Source of the DNA: Gemmatimonadales bacterium
GTDB lineage: Bacteria > Gemmatimonadota > Gemmatimonadetes > Gemmatimonadales > GWC2-71-9
DNA length: 61,871 nucleotides
Assembly: GCA_039917855.1 (NCBI GenBank)
Contig: JBDSIR010000063.1
Location: 1 to 61,871, forward strand
Reading direction: 5' to 3'
Below are positions 48,591 to 58,666 of the stretch, one piece after another. The position numbers and the translations under genes were made by a program. Numbering within the stretch: position 1 is the first letter of the stretch; every line of letters starts with the position of its first letter. Below the pieces are notes generated by a model. The model did no database searches. It saw only the letters and a program-made list of their open reading frames with translations, and was not told where the DNA came from.

Positions 48591-49478
48591 GTGCTCGGCC
48601 CCCTCGAGACCCACGCGCTCTGCGCGGTCCTGATCCTCCTCGATCAAGCCGCTCGCGCCCTTCGCATCCGCCTCCTCGGCGGCGCGCTGGGGCATCCCCT
48701 CCGTTTTCGCGATGCGTTCGTCACCAACGTCATCGGCGACGCGGCGTGCGCCGTGACCCCGCTCAGGATCGCAGGGGAACCGGCGCGGCTGGCATCGCTG
48801 CTCCGCTTCGGTGTCCCCGCCACGGCCAGCTTCGTCGCGATCGCCTTCGAGGTGATCACGATGTGGCCCGTGGTCATCACTTGCGCCCTGGTCCTCGGTA
48901 TCTGGTCGGCGCCGGAATGGATCCAGCAGACTGCCCCCGTCGTGGCGGCCGGACTCGCGCGGACCTGGGGATGGCTCGCCCTCGCGGCCGTCGTCAGCGC
49001 CCTGCTCTGGATCCTGGTCCGGCGCAGGGTGCACATCGCTCCGCGACTCATCCAACGTCCGTGGGGTCGGGTGCGGATCTACTGGCGCCGGATGCCGCGC
49101 GGAAAACTCATCGCTTCATCCGCCTTGGGCTTCGTCAATCTCGCCAGTCGGACGGCGATCCTGCCGGTGCTCATGACCCAGCTTCCCGATCCGCCGCCGC
49201 TCGGGCCCGCCATCCTCGGCTCCTTCGCGCTGCTCTACAGTCAGCTCGCCCTCCCGACGCCGTCAGGGGCGGGCGTGGTGGATCTCGGACTCTTGGCGGG
49301 GGCGGCAGGGAGCGCGGGAGAGCGCGGAGTCGAACTACTCATCTGGTGGCGGTTCTACACCACCTTCGTCGGAGTCGCGCTGGGGGGGTGGTTCGCGGTG
49401 CGGGAATTCGGATGGGGTGCGGTGCGGGGGGTGTTCAACTGGCGGATCGGGAGGTCACCAGTGACCAGTGACCAGTGA
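48591..49478 (+). CDS. Lysylphosphatidylglycerol synthase TM / flippase-like protein
   Basis: VTP.RIAGEP, PTPSGAGVVD, WWRFYT; multi-TM. Confidence 0.75.
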   Translation: MLGPLETHALCAVLILLDQAARALRIRLLGGALGHPLRFRDAFVTNVIGDAACAVTPLRIAGEPARLASLLRFGVPATASFVAIAFEVITMWPVVITCALVLGIWSAPEWIQQTAPVVAAGLARTWGWLALAAVVSALLWILVRRRVHIAPRLIQRPWGRVRIYWRRMPRGKLIASSALGFVNLASRTAILPVLMTQLPDPPPLGPAILGSFALLYSQLALPTPSGAGVVDLGLLAGAAGSAGERGVELLIWWRFYTTFVGVALGGWFAVREFGWGAVRGVFNWRIGRSPVTSDQ

Positions 49479-49539
49479 CCGGGCGTGCTGTTGGGATCTC
49501 CCTGTGGGGCCCGGTCACAGGTCACCGGTCACCGGTCAC
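49454..49539. repeat. Inverted heptamer hairpin (GTGACCA / CGGTCAC) containing the stops of both convergent genes
   Basis: Direct reading. Confidence 0.88.
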
Positions 49540-49856
49540 TTCGGTCCTGGCCCCATCCCGACCACCAGCACCGTCCGCTCCAGCGCGGCCTCGACGCCAT
49601 GCGGTTCACCCGCGGGACACCAGGCAATGGCCCCCGGTCCCACTTCGCGGGTCTCGGCGCCGACGGTGATTCTCGCCTTTCCTGACACCACAAGATAGAA
49701 TTTGTCCGCACCCGCGTGGGCATGGACCTTCTGGGATTGCCCCGGCTCGAGGCAATTGAGTCCGAGGAATATATGTTCCCCCCGCGCGAGGTCGACTTTG
49801 GCCATCTTGTCGGAGGCAAAGGTTGCCAGCGCTGCCGGATCGAAGAACTGGGTCAT
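49536..49856 (-). CDS. Cupin-domain protein
   Basis: LEPGQSQKVHAH..DKFY.V.SG, PAGEPHGV. Confidence 0.88.
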   Translation of the reverse strand: MTQFFDPAALATFASDKMAKVDLARGEHIFLGLNCLEPGQSQKVHAHAGADKFYLVVSGKARITVGAETREVGPGAIAWCPAGEPHGVEAALERTVLVVGMGPGPK

Positions 49857-49930
49857 TGGTCGTTGGTCCCTGGTCGTTGGATCGATGCGGGTGTGCACCC
49901 CCGCTCACCGCTCACCGCTTACCGTTCACC
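49851..49930. repeat. Two different heptamer arrays (GGTCGTT x4; CCGCTCA x4) filling a divergent intergenic region
   Basis: Each array abuts or contains a start codon. Confidence 0.8.
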
Positions 49931-49932
49931 CT

Positions 49933-51351
49933 ATGTCGACACGCATCGAGAAAGACCCGCTCGGCGAGAAGGCCGTCCCCGCCGAGGCCCTGTACGGGAT
50001 CCAGACCCTCCGCGCCGCCGAGAACTTCCCCATCTCGGGACTCCGGCCGCTGCCGGCGTTCGTCGATGCGATGATCTGGATCAAGCGTTCCGCCGCGCTC
50101 ACGCACAAGGAGACGGGACGCCTCGAGCCGAAGCTGGCCGACGCCATCGTCCAGGCCGCCGACGAGATCCTCGCCGGCAAGCACCGCGACCAGTTCATCG
50201 TCGATCCGTACCAGGCCGGCGCCGGCACCAGCCACAACATGAACTGTAACGAGGTGCTTGCCAACCGGGCCAACGAGATCCTCGGCACCGCGCGCGGCAG
50301 CTACGCGCCCGTGCATCCGAACGATCACGTCAACATGGCCCAGAGCACCAACGACACCATCCCCACTGCGATGCGGTTGGCGACGCTGGCGCTCTATCCC
50401 GCCCTGGTCGCCTCGATGGACCGGCTGGCGAAGGCCTTCCTGGCCAAGGGGAAGCAGTTCGACCACGTGATCAAATCGGGGCGCACCCACCTGCAGGACG
50501 CCACCCCGATCCGCCTCGGCCAGGAGTTCACGGCCTACGGCCACACCATCGCCCGGCACCGCCGCAAGGTGGATCAGGCCGCCGCGTATCTCCACGAGCT
50601 CGGCATCGGCGGCACCGCGGTGGGCACCGGCCTCAACGCCGAAGCGGCATATCCGGCGCTGATGGTGAAACACCTCAAGGCGATCACCAAGCTCGAACTC
50701 TCGGTCGGAGAGGACCGGGTGCAGATGATGCAGTCGATGGGAGACATCGCCTCCTTCAGCGGGGCGGTGCGCGGCTACGTCCTCGACCTCTGCAAGATCG
50801 CCGACGATCTCCGCCTCCTCGCCTCCGGTCCCCGGACCGGCATCGCCGAGATCGCCCTGCCGGCGGTGCAGCCGGGTTCGAGCATCATGCCGGGCAAGGT
50901 GAATCCCTCCATCGTCGAGATGGTGAACCAGGTCTGCTACCAGGCCATCGGCCTCGACACCACCATCGCGATGGCGGCCAAGGCGGGGGAGCTGGAACTC
51001 AACGTGATGATGCCGGTCATCACCCACAACGTGGTGCTGATGGTCACCATCCTGACCAATGCCGGCCGGATCTTCGCCGAGCGCGCCGTGGAGGGGATCG
51101 AGGCCGACGAGGCGATGTGCGCCCACTGGCTCGAACGGAGCCCCGCGCTGGTCACCGCGTTGGCACCCAAGATCGGCTATGCCGAGTCGGCCAAACTCGC
51201 CAAGGAGGCGATCGCGACCGGCCTTACAGTCAGGGAGCTCGTCACCAAGAAGGGGATCCTCAAGGGGAAGGAACTCGACGAGGTCCTCGACCTCCGCGCC
51301 ATGACCGAACTCGGCATCCCCGGCGGCAAGCCCCTTCCCGGTGGGGGCTGA
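49933..51351 (+). CDS. aspA: Aspartate ammonia-lyase / class II fumarase family
   Basis: YGIQT.RA.ENF, GAGTSHNMN.NE, AQSTND, GRTHLQDA, GSSIMPGKVNP. Confidence 0.88.
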   Translation: MSTRIEKDPLGEKAVPAEALYGIQTLRAAENFPISGLRPLPAFVDAMIWIKRSAALTHKETGRLEPKLADAIVQAADEILAGKHRDQFIVDPYQAGAGTSHNMNCNEVLANRANEILGTARGSYAPVHPNDHVNMAQSTNDTIPTAMRLATLALYPALVASMDRLAKAFLAKGKQFDHVIKSGRTHLQDATPIRLGQEFTAYGHTIARHRRKVDQAAAYLHELGIGGTAVGTGLNAEAAYPALMVKHLKAITKLELSVGEDRVQMMQSMGDIASFSGAVRGYVLDLCKIADDLRLLASGPRTGIAEIALPAVQPGSSIMPGKVNPSIVEMVNQVCYQAIGLDTTIAMAAKAGELELNVMMPVITHNVVLMVTILTNAGRIFAERAVEGIEADEAMCAHWLERSPALVTALAPKIGYAESAKLAKEAIATGLTVRELVTKKGILKGKELDEVLDLRAMTELGIPGGKPLPGGG

Positions 51352-51353
51352 TC

Positions 51354-51448
51354 GGGTGAAGGGTGAAGGGAGGAGGGTGGAGGGTGGAGGGTGCCGCTGG
51401 GAGAGAGTTCTCCCCCGGCAGCACCCTTCACCCACCACCCTCCACCCC
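51354..51448. repeat. Inverted heptamer hairpin (GGGTGRA x5 / CACCCTY x4)
   Basis: Direct reading after the aspA stop. Confidence 0.8.
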
Positions 51449-51497
51449 AAATAGCGACATCCTTGAATCCCTAAGCCTTAACTCCCATATTACCCCC

Positions 51498-51959
51498 ATG
51501 CGCGTAACCACCTGGACCGAGTACTCGCTCATCATCACGCTCCACCTCGCTCGGCGCGGCCGGACCGGGGGTGGCCCGGTGGCGGCCCGTGAGCTGGCCG
51601 AGTCGGAACGTCTCCCGGGAGACTACGTGGAGCAGATCCTCCTGCGCCTTCGCCGCGCCGGTCTGGTCGAGAGCGTGAGGGGGGCCAAGGGGGGGTATTT
51701 CCTGGCCAAGGACCCCGGCGAGATCTCCGTGCGTGATGTGATGGCGGCCTCCGAGCACCAGACCTTCGAGATGAACTGCGAACTCCACCCGGTCGACGCG
51801 GAGCGATGCGATCCGGGGAGTTCCTGCACCATCCGCCCGGTATGGCAGGCGCTGCAGAAGCGGGTCGACGACCTGCTCGAGGGGATCTCCTTGGCCGACC
51901 TGATGAAGGAACAAGGCGAGGTACAGGAGCTGGTGACGCTCGCGGCAGCCCGGACCTGA
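51498..51959 (+). CDS. Rrf2-family regulator with three Cys (IscR-like)
   Basis: YVEQILLRLRRAGLVESVRGAKGGY; C-x9-C-x5-C. Confidence 0.9.
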   Translation: MRVTTWTEYSLIITLHLARRGRTGGGPVAARELAESERLPGDYVEQILLRLRRAGLVESVRGAKGGYFLAKDPGEISVRDVMAASEHQTFEMNCELHPVDAERCDPGSSCTIRPVWQALQKRVDDLLEGISLADLMKEQGEVQELVTLAAART

Positions 51960-52017
51960 CCGACGCCTGATCGACCCACCGCCCGGCCCGCGCCGGGCGG
52001 TCTCATTTCCAGGACCG

Positions 52018-53151
52018 ATGACCGAACTCTCTCGCGACGAACTGCTGCGGTACAGCCGTCACCTGGTGCTTCCCGGGCTGGGCCTCGACGGCCAGCGGAA
52101 GCTCAAGGAGGCGCGCGTGCTCGTGATCGGCGCCGGCGGGCTCGGCGCACCGGCGGCGCTCTACCTCGCGGCCGCAGGGGTCGGCACGATCGGCTTGGTC
52201 GATCCCGATCTTGTCGACCTCACCAACCTTCAGCGCCAGATCATCCACGGCACCGCTGCCGTCGGCACGTCGAAGGTGGAGTCGGCCCGGGCCCGCCTCG
52301 CCGATCTGAATCCTCACGTCAATGTGGAGACGATACCGGCGCTCCTGACCAGCGCCAACGCGCGTGAACTCTGCCGTCGGTTCGACGTGATCATCGACGG
52401 TTCTGACAATTTCCCCACGCGCTACCTGGTCAACGACGCCTGCGTGATGGAGCACAAGCCGCTGGTCTACGGCAGCATCTTCCGGTTCGACGGCCAGGTC
52501 TCCCTCTTCGCGCCGGGCGGTCCCTGTTACCGCTGTCTCTTCGCCGATCCGCCCCCGGCGGGGCTGGTGCCCAACTGCGCCGAGGGTGGCGTGGTGGGTG
52601 CCTTGCCTGGGGTGGTCGGAAGCCTGCAGGCGCTCGAGGCGATCAAGCTGATCCTCGGGGCAGGGGAGTCGCTCGCCGGCAGGCTCCTTCTGTTCGACGG
52701 CCTCCGGATGACCTTCCGCGAGGTGACGCTCCGGAAGGACCCGGAGTGCCCGGTCTGCGGCGAACATCCGACGGTCACCGCGCTGATCGACTATGAGCGC
52801 TTCTGCGGGATGCCGACCGCGCGCGATCGGGCGGCGGCGGAGATCTCGATCCCGGAGTTCGGCGCGGCCCGTTCAGGACCGGACTCCCCGCTGGTGGTCG
52901 ATGTGCGCGAGGAGTGGGAGTGGGAGATCGGACACCTCGACGGAGCGGTGCACATCCCCCTCGGGGCGCTCCCCGCCCGACTGGGCGAGCTCGACACCCG
53001 CCGTGAGATCGTCACCCTCTGTCATCACGGGATGCGTTCGCTCCAGGCGCGCGACCTCCTGCTCGGCGCCGGTTTCGCGCAGGTGCGGAGCCTGGCCGGA
53101 GGGATCGACGCCTGGTCGGCGGAGGTGGATGGGACAGTGGCGAGGTACTGA
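52018..53151 (+). CDS. moeB: MoeB/ThiF adenylyltransferase fused to rhodanese (MoeZ-like)
   Basis: RYSRH, GAGGLG, TNLQRQ, DGSDNFPTRY, CYRC, CPVC, C-terminal CHHGMRS. Confidence 0.92.
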   Translation: MTELSRDELLRYSRHLVLPGLGLDGQRKLKEARVLVIGAGGLGAPAALYLAAAGVGTIGLVDPDLVDLTNLQRQIIHGTAAVGTSKVESARARLADLNPHVNVETIPALLTSANARELCRRFDVIIDGSDNFPTRYLVNDACVMEHKPLVYGSIFRFDGQVSLFAPGGPCYRCLFADPPPAGLVPNCAEGGVVGALPGVVGSLQALEAIKLILGAGESLAGRLLLFDGLRMTFREVTLRKDPECPVCGEHPTVTALIDYERFCGMPTARDRAAAEISIPEFGAARSGPDSPLVVDVREEWEWEIGHLDGAVHIPLGALPARLGELDTRREIVTLCHHGMRSLQARDLLLGAGFAQVRSLAGGIDAWSAEVDGTVARY

Positions 53152-53154
53152 TCG

Positions 53155-53230
53155 GTGAGCGGTGAGCGGTAAGCGGGGGGCTCCGATCTGCTCGGAACCC
53201 CCCGCTTACCGCTCACCGCTCACCGCTCAC
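53155..53230. repeat. Inverted heptamer hairpin (GTGAGCG x3 / CGCTCAC x4) between moeB and tRNA-Leu
   Basis: Near-perfect long stem with GGGGGGCTCCGA...TCGGAACCCCCC core. Confidence 0.9.
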
Positions 53231-53237
53231 GCAGTCA

Positions 53238-53321
53238 TGCCGAAGGCGGGACTCGAACCCGCACGGGCTTGCGCCCACTGCGCCCTGAACGCAGCGCGTC
53301 TACCAATTCCACCACTCCGGC
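53238..53321 (-). tRNA. tRNA-Leu(CAG), CCA not encoded
   Basis: GCCGGAGTGGTGGAATTGGTAGAC...CTGCG-TTCAGGG-CGCAG, long variable arm, GGTTCGAGTCC, TTCGGCA. Confidence 0.96.
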
Positions 53322-53411
53322 GTGGGGGACAAAATAAGGCGGGGGCGGGGGCGGGCGCAACGCCCGCGTTGATTCGACCTAACGGCAAGTCTATCTTGCG
53401 GTTAGCTCACC

Positions 53412-53897
53412 ATGGCACCCCACACCGACGACTCCGACGAGGGGAAGCGCTCCATCGCGCGGAACCCCAAAGCCACCCACGACTACCATATCCTGGAGAC
53501 GTGGGAGGCGGGGCTCGTGCTGAAGGGGACCGAGGTGAAGTCCCTCCGCGACACCAAGGCGACCCTCGTCGGCGCCTTCGCCCGCATCCAGCGGGGCGAG
53601 GTGCTGCTCGAGGGGCTGCACATCACCCCCTACGAGCAGGGGAACCGCTACAACCACATCCCCAACCGCTCCCGCAAGCTCCTCCTCCACAAGCGCGAGA
53701 TCCAGCGCCTCATCGGGGCGGTCGAACAGAAGGGGCTCACACTCGTGCCGCTCGAGCTCTACTGGAAGGATGGGCGCGCCAAGATCGCGCTCGCGCTCGG
53801 TCGCGGGAAGAAGCTCCACGACAAGCGCGAGAGCCTCAAGCAGCGCGATGCCCAGCGCGACATGGCGCGGGTCGAGCGTCACCGGGGACGCCAGTGA
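53412..53897 (+). CDS. smpB: SsrA-binding protein
   Basis: IARNPKA.HDY, EAGLVLKGTEVKSLR, RKLLLHKREI, GKKLHDKRE. Confidence 0.97.
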   Translation: MAPHTDDSDEGKRSIARNPKATHDYHILETWEAGLVLKGTEVKSLRDTKATLVGAFARIQRGEVLLEGLHITPYEQGNRYNHIPNRSRKLLLHKREIQRLIGAVEQKGLTLVPLELYWKDGRAKIALALGRGKKLHDKRESLKQRDAQRDMARVERHRGRQ

Positions 53898-55123
53898 TCC
53901 GCGCCACGGTGTCCGCTTTTCTGTTGGGTGCCGTGGGGGCCGTCGCGCCCGCCGCCCATCCGCCCATCCGCCCATCCGCCCCCACGAGCATCACCATCGC
54001 CACCCCGCGCGGCGAGAGTCAGCTCACGGTCGTCACGGTGGACGGTGCACCGATGCTCCTCGCCGGTCCGGTGGCGAGCGCCCTCGGCGGCCGGCTGTCG
54101 GTCGCCGACGGCTGGGTCGAACTGGTCATAATCAGCCAGAGCTACCGCTTCCTCCTGGGCGCCCCCTTTCTCGTTCGGGGGCCGGCCGGACAGCTCTTCC
54201 CCCTGGCAGCACCCGCCCTCCTCCGCTCCGACTCCGTTCTGCTGCCGCTCGAGTTCGTCGCCTCAGTGCTGCCGCGCTGGCTCGGCGAACGGTACGCGTG
54301 GGATGCGGTCGCCGCGCGGTTGGTCGAGCGCGGGCCCCCGCCGGTCGTCCGGGCACCCGCACCCGCGCGGCTCCCCAGCGGTCTCCTCCCCGGGCACCAG
54401 GTCGTGGTCGATCCCGGTCACGGCGGACGCGACCCCGGCAACCCGAGCCTCTACTTCCCCCGCGGCATGAAGGAAAAGGACGTGGCGCTCGCGGTCGGCA
54501 TCCAGCTCAGAGATGAACTTCGCCGGCGCGGTATCGCGGTCCGGATGACGCGCACCACCGACACGCTGATCAACCTTGCGGACCGCGGGCCGCTGTGCTC
54601 CACCGAGTGCGACCTTTTCGTGAGCCTGCACGTCAATTCGCTCGCACGCCGCCGCGATTACACCCGGATCCGCGGATACGAGACCTACTTCCTGAGCGAA
54701 GCGCGGACCGAGGACGCCGCCGCGACGGCCCGGATGGAGAACGAGTCGATCCGCTACGAGGTGGAGCTACCCGAGACCGGCGGCACCGATCCACTGGGCT
54801 TCATGTTCCGAGACCTGATGGTGAATGAGCACCTGCGTGAGTCGGCCCGCGCCGCCGCGTTGATGCAGGACCACCTCGCCGCGGCCCATACCGGTCCCGA
54901 CCGGGGCGTGCGCCAGGCCCCCTTCGCCGTGCTCCGGACCGCCCGCCGCCCCGCGGTGCTGGTCGAGATGGGATTCAGCACCAATCGCGATGACAGCCGG
55001 ATCCTGAGCGGAAAGAGCGGACAGCGCGCGCTGGCCAGGGCGATCGCCGACGCGGTCGTGGCCTACCTCCGCGAATACGAACGGAAGACCGGCCAGGCCG
55101 CTTTGGGGGGTACCGGTCGATGA
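53894..55123 (+). CDS. N-acetylmuramoyl-L-alanine amidase (Amidase_3) with signal peptide
   Basis: VVDPGHGGRDPG, EKDVAL, FVSLHVNS, GYETY, PAVLVEMGF. Confidence 0.92.
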   Translation: MIRATVSAFLLGAVGAVAPAAHPPIRPSAPTSITIATPRGESQLTVVTVDGAPMLLAGPVASALGGRLSVADGWVELVIISQSYRFLLGAPFLVRGPAGQLFPLAAPALLRSDSVLLPLEFVASVLPRWLGERYAWDAVAARLVERGPPPVVRAPAPARLPSGLLPGHQVVVDPGHGGRDPGNPSLYFPRGMKEKDVALAVGIQLRDELRRRGIAVRMTRTTDTLINLADRGPLCSTECDLFVSLHVNSLARRRDYTRIRGYETYFLSEARTEDAAATARMENESIRYEVELPETGGTDPLGFMFRDLMVNEHLRESARAAALMQDHLAAAHTGPDRGVRQAPFAVLRTARRPAVLVEMGFSTNRDDSRILSGKSGQRALARAIADAVVAYLREYERKTGQAALGGTGR

Positions 55124-56535
55124 TCCGCCCCCGCGCTCTCCTCCCCCTGCTGGCCAGCGCGGGCTTCGTCGCGGCGTGCGCCTACTACAACGGGCTCTAC
55201 AACGCGAACGACCTCGCCCATCGGGCCGAGAAGGCCGAGCGCGACGGCAGGACGCTCGACGCGCAGAGCCTCTGGGGTCAGGTCGCCGTCCGGGCGGAGA
55301 CCGTCGTCGCGCGCCATCCGCACAGCAAGTGGACCGACGAGGCGCGCTTGCTCCAGGGCAAGGCGCTCGAGCGCACCGGCGACTGTACCGCCGCCATCGG
55401 ACCGCTCCAGCGTGTCATGCGCGAAAGCGGCGATCCTCACCTCGTCGACGAGGCCGCCTTCCGGCTCTCCTCCTGTCAGCTGAAGCTTGGCGACCTCGAG
55501 GCCGCCGGTTACACGGTCGAGCGCTTCCTCCAGAGCCCCGATCCCGCGCGCCGGAACGAGGCCGCCTGGCGCGCCGGGATCGCCTATCGGCGCACCGGCC
55601 GCGCGGAGGAAGCAGTGACGGTACTCCGCGCGAGCCGGCATCGGCAGGCCCGCGGTGAACTTGCCGCGGCATTGGCCGACGCCGGGCGCGATGCCGAGGC
55701 GATCGCGCTCGCCGATTCGCTGCTTGCCGAACGCGACACGACCGCGCCGTGGGGCGCGGTGTTGAGCGGGATCGGCCAGCACGACGCCGCTGCCGCCAGC
55801 GCCCTCCTCGCTCGGGTCCTGACCCGGCTGTCGCCGCTCCAGGATACCGCGGCCGCCTGGCTCACCGCCGATGCCCGTCGCCTCCTCCCCTCAGATGAAG
55901 CGCGCGCGCTCGCGCAGCTCGAGGCAGCGTATTCGGCCGCGCCCGCCCGCGCCGTGGGGCTCTACGCTCGCATCATCGGTCTCCGCCACCGGCTCGCGAT
56001 GGCCGATGACCCGGCCTTCCTCGACTCCATCCCGCTCATACTCGGCGACATCGAGCCGAGCGCCGGCGATGCGATGATCCAGGGACGCCAGCTGGCCGAG
56101 GCGGCCCAGAGTGCGAGGCAGCGGCTCGATTCCCTGGTCGTCACCGCCCCCCAGGGTGATATCAAGGGTTTCCTCCTCGGTGAGGCGCTGCGCGATTCGC
56201 TCCGCGCCCCCCGACTCGCGGCCTTGGTGTGGCGCCGAGTACTCGCGGAGCGGCCCGAGTCGCCCTACGCGCCCAAGATGCTTCTGGCCATCGCGGCCAC
56301 GGGCGCCACTCCCGACGATTCGATCACGACGCTGCTCGATGGCCGCTACGCCGGCAGTCCGTATGTGCTGGCGCTCCACGGTCACGACGACCCTGCCTAC
56401 CGGGCCTTGGAAGATTCCCTGGTGCGCTTCGCCCGGAGCGCGCGGACGCCGGCCCGCACCCCCACCATCCGTCCCCCGGCGCGCGGCGCGCGTCCCACCC
56501 CTACGTCGCCCACCCCCGCGACCCCGGTCCAATGA
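55120..56535 (+). CDS. TPR-like helical lipoprotein
   Basis: VAAC-AYYN lipobox, SKWTDEA, Ala-rich helical repeats. Confidence 0.75.
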   Translation: MIRPRALLPLLASAGFVAACAYYNGLYNANDLAHRAEKAERDGRTLDAQSLWGQVAVRAETVVARHPHSKWTDEARLLQGKALERTGDCTAAIGPLQRVMRESGDPHLVDEAAFRLSSCQLKLGDLEAAGYTVERFLQSPDPARRNEAAWRAGIAYRRTGRAEEAVTVLRASRHRQARGELAAALADAGRDAEAIALADSLLAERDTTAPWGAVLSGIGQHDAAAASALLARVLTRLSPLQDTAAAWLTADARRLLPSDEARALAQLEAAYSAAPARAVGLYARIIGLRHRLAMADDPAFLDSIPLILGDIEPSAGDAMIQGRQLAEAAQSARQRLDSLVVTAPQGDIKGFLLGEALRDSLRAPRLAALVWRRVLAERPESPYAPKMLLAIAATGATPDDSITTLLDGRYAGSPYVLALHGHDDPAYRALEDSLVRFARSARTPARTPTIRPPARGARPTPTSPTPATPVQ

Positions 56536-57401
56536 TCGCATCCCGAGGACTCGGCGGACGCCGCTTCAAGAATCCGGTCCTGCTGGCCTCCGGCACCGCC
56601 GGCTACGGGCTCGAACTCGAAGGAGTGTGCGACCTCGACGCGCTCGGCGGGATCGTCACCAAATGCGTCTCGCTCGCCCCCCGTCACGGCAATCCGGCGC
56701 CTCGCGTGGCGGAATTCGCGGGGGGAATGCTGAACTCCGTCGGGCTGGCCAATCCCGGGCTCGAGGCGGTCCGCGACCGCGAACTTCCCGCCCTGCTCGC
56801 GCGGGCCGCCGGGAAATTCGAGGTGCTGGTGAACGTCGTCGGCTTCACCCTCGACGAGTATGCCGCGGTCGTCGCCGGCTTGGGCTCCCTGCCTGGGATC
56901 GCCGCCTTCGAGTTGAACCTCTCCTGTCCGAACACCGCCCACGGCGGGATCGAATTCGGGGCCGAATCTGAGAGTGTGGCGCGGATCGTGCGGCAATGTG
57001 CCGCCGTGACCGATAGACCCCTGCTGGCCAAACTCTCTCCCGTCCTGAGCGATATCGCCGCCATGGCCGCTGTCGCCGTCGAGGCGGGAGCCGCTGGCGT
57101 CTCATTGGTGAACACCTTCCCCGGCACCCTGTCCGAAGAGGATGGCGCTCCCCGGCTGGGTGCCGGCCGGGGTGGGGTGAGCGGTCCTCCTCTCCTCCCC
57201 CTCGGGGTCCTCGCCGTGCGACAGACGCGTGAGCGACTGCCTCACGCCGTGATCATCGGGCTGGGCGGGATCCGGAGCGCCGCCGATGCCCGCCAATACC
57301 TCCGAGCCGGCGCCGACCTCGTGGCGATCGGGACGGCGGGTCTCGCCGATCCCCGCCTGCCGGAGCGGGTCGCGAACGAACTGGAGCATCACCGTGGCTG
57401 A
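56532..57401 (+). CDS. pyrD: Dihydroorotate dehydrogenase, class 1 catalytic subunit
   Basis: NPVLLASGT, GN..PR, MLNSVGLANPG, ELNLSCPN, KLSP, GGVSG. Confidence 0.93.
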   Translation: MIASRGLGGRRFKNPVLLASGTAGYGLELEGVCDLDALGGIVTKCVSLAPRHGNPAPRVAEFAGGMLNSVGLANPGLEAVRDRELPALLARAAGKFEVLVNVVGFTLDEYAAVVAGLGSLPGIAAFELNLSCPNTAHGGIEFGAESESVARIVRQCAAVTDRPLLAKLSPVLSDIAAMAAVAVEAGAAGVSLVNTFPGTLSEEDGAPRLGAGRGGVSGPPLLPLGVLAVRQTRERLPHAVIIGLGGIRSAADARQYLRAGADLVAIGTAGLADPRLPERVANELEHHRG

Positions 57402-58074
57402 GATCATCGCCGCCCTCGACCTTCCGACCCGTGACGATGCGCTCCGCTGGCTCGACCGCGCACCGGGAGTTCGCTGGGTCAAGGTCGGGTCCGTGCTGTT
57501 CACGCGGGAGGGCCCCGCGCTGGTCCACGAGCTGGTCGGCCGCGGGCTCAAGATCTTCCTCGACATGAAGTGGCACGACATCCCGAACACCGTTGCCGGT
57601 GGGGTCGAAGGCGCACGCGCGCTCGGGGTCGCGATGGCGACCGTGCACACGTTGGGTGGCGCCGAGATGATGCGCGCGGCCGCCGTGGCCGCCGGAAGTG
57701 GAGTGGGGATCGTCGGGGTGACGGTCCTGACTTCGTACACGGGGGCGGCGTACTCGGCGGCGGTGGGGCGAGGGAGCGTCGAGACCGGCGAGGAGGTGCG
57801 GCGCCTCGCGGCGAGCGCGGCCGAGGCCGGGCTGAAGGGGATCGTCTGTTCGCCGCACGAGATCGACGTGGTCCGCGAGGTGTTGCCATCCGACGCTTGG
57901 ATCGTCGTGCCGGGGATCCGGCGGCCCGGCGATGTCACGGGAGATCAGGTGCGAGTGGCGGGGCCGGCCGAAGCGGCCCGCGCCGGTGCGACCCACCTGG
58001 TCGTCGGGCGTCCACTGCTGCAGGCGTCGGACCCGGCGGCCGCAGTGCGCGAGTTCCAGGAGGCGGCGCGGTGA
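57394..58074 (+). CDS. pyrF: Orotidine-5'-phosphate decarboxylase
   Basis: AALD, KVG, FLDMKWHDIPNTV, VTVLTS, PGIR, DQVR, VVGRP. Confidence 0.95.
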   Translation: MAEIIAALDLPTRDDALRWLDRAPGVRWVKVGSVLFTREGPALVHELVGRGLKIFLDMKWHDIPNTVAGGVEGARALGVAMATVHTLGGAEMMRAAAVAAGSGVGIVGVTVLTSYTGAAYSAAVGRGSVETGEEVRRLAASAAEAGLKGIVCSPHEIDVVREVLPSDAWIVVPGIRRPGDVTGDQVRVAGPAEAARAGATHLVVGRPLLQASDPAAAVREFQEAAR

Positions 58075-58526
58075 GAGGTCCGATCGCCCTCCTATTGCTC
58101 GGGGCGCTGGTCAGCGCCTCAGCGCCTCAGCGCCTCAGCGCCCAGTCCGATGTCGCGACGGTGGCGGCCACGGCTGCCGCGGCGTGGGCCCAGCACGACT
58201 TCCGTTTGCTGGTCGGGGGTGGCCGAGTCGAGGTGCGGATCCCGGGGGTCTCGGCGTCGGGTCCGCTTCCGGGTGACCAAGCGGCGGCGCTGTTGTCGAC
58301 CTATGTCCGGGACGCGGTGGAGGTCGAGGTCTCCGTGGTGACCGCGATGACCGTGTCGGACATCTCGGGGTATGCCGAGCTCAGGCGTCGGTTCCGGCGG
58401 GCGGGGGTGGGAGAGCCGCAGGAGGAGACTCTGTTGCTGGGTTTTACTCGGAGCCGTGGGGTGGATGGGAGCTGGGGACCATGGGGGGTGGGGGTGGTGC
58501 AGTTGGCCGGCGGGACCGGTCGTTGA
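58071..58526 (+). CDS. Secreted hypothetical protein
   Basis: GTGA overlap with pyrF; signal peptide ending in octamer-encoded SASAPQRLSAQ. Confidence 0.65.
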   Translation: MRGPIALLLLGALVSASAPQRLSAQSDVATVAATAAAAWAQHDFRLLVGGGRVEVRIPGVSASGPLPGDQAAALLSTYVRDAVEVEVSVVTAMTVSDISGYAELRRRFRRAGVGEPQEETLLLGFTRSRGVDGSWGPWGVGVVQLAGGTGR

Positions 58527-58666
58527 CCCCGATTTTTCGAGCTCAACAAGGGGTGTCGGAAGGCCGCCGGACAGACCCCCGGCGGGGCTAACGCCTTGCG
58601 TGCCAATGGGCTGCCCGGCTATATTGGCAAGCTCTACTGAACCCGGATTTTTTGGAGGGGTAGCCT

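Noticed and set aside
53330-53900. tmRNA next to smpB
   Set aside because: No tmRNA-like ends or space; flanks are tRNA-Leu and the amidase.
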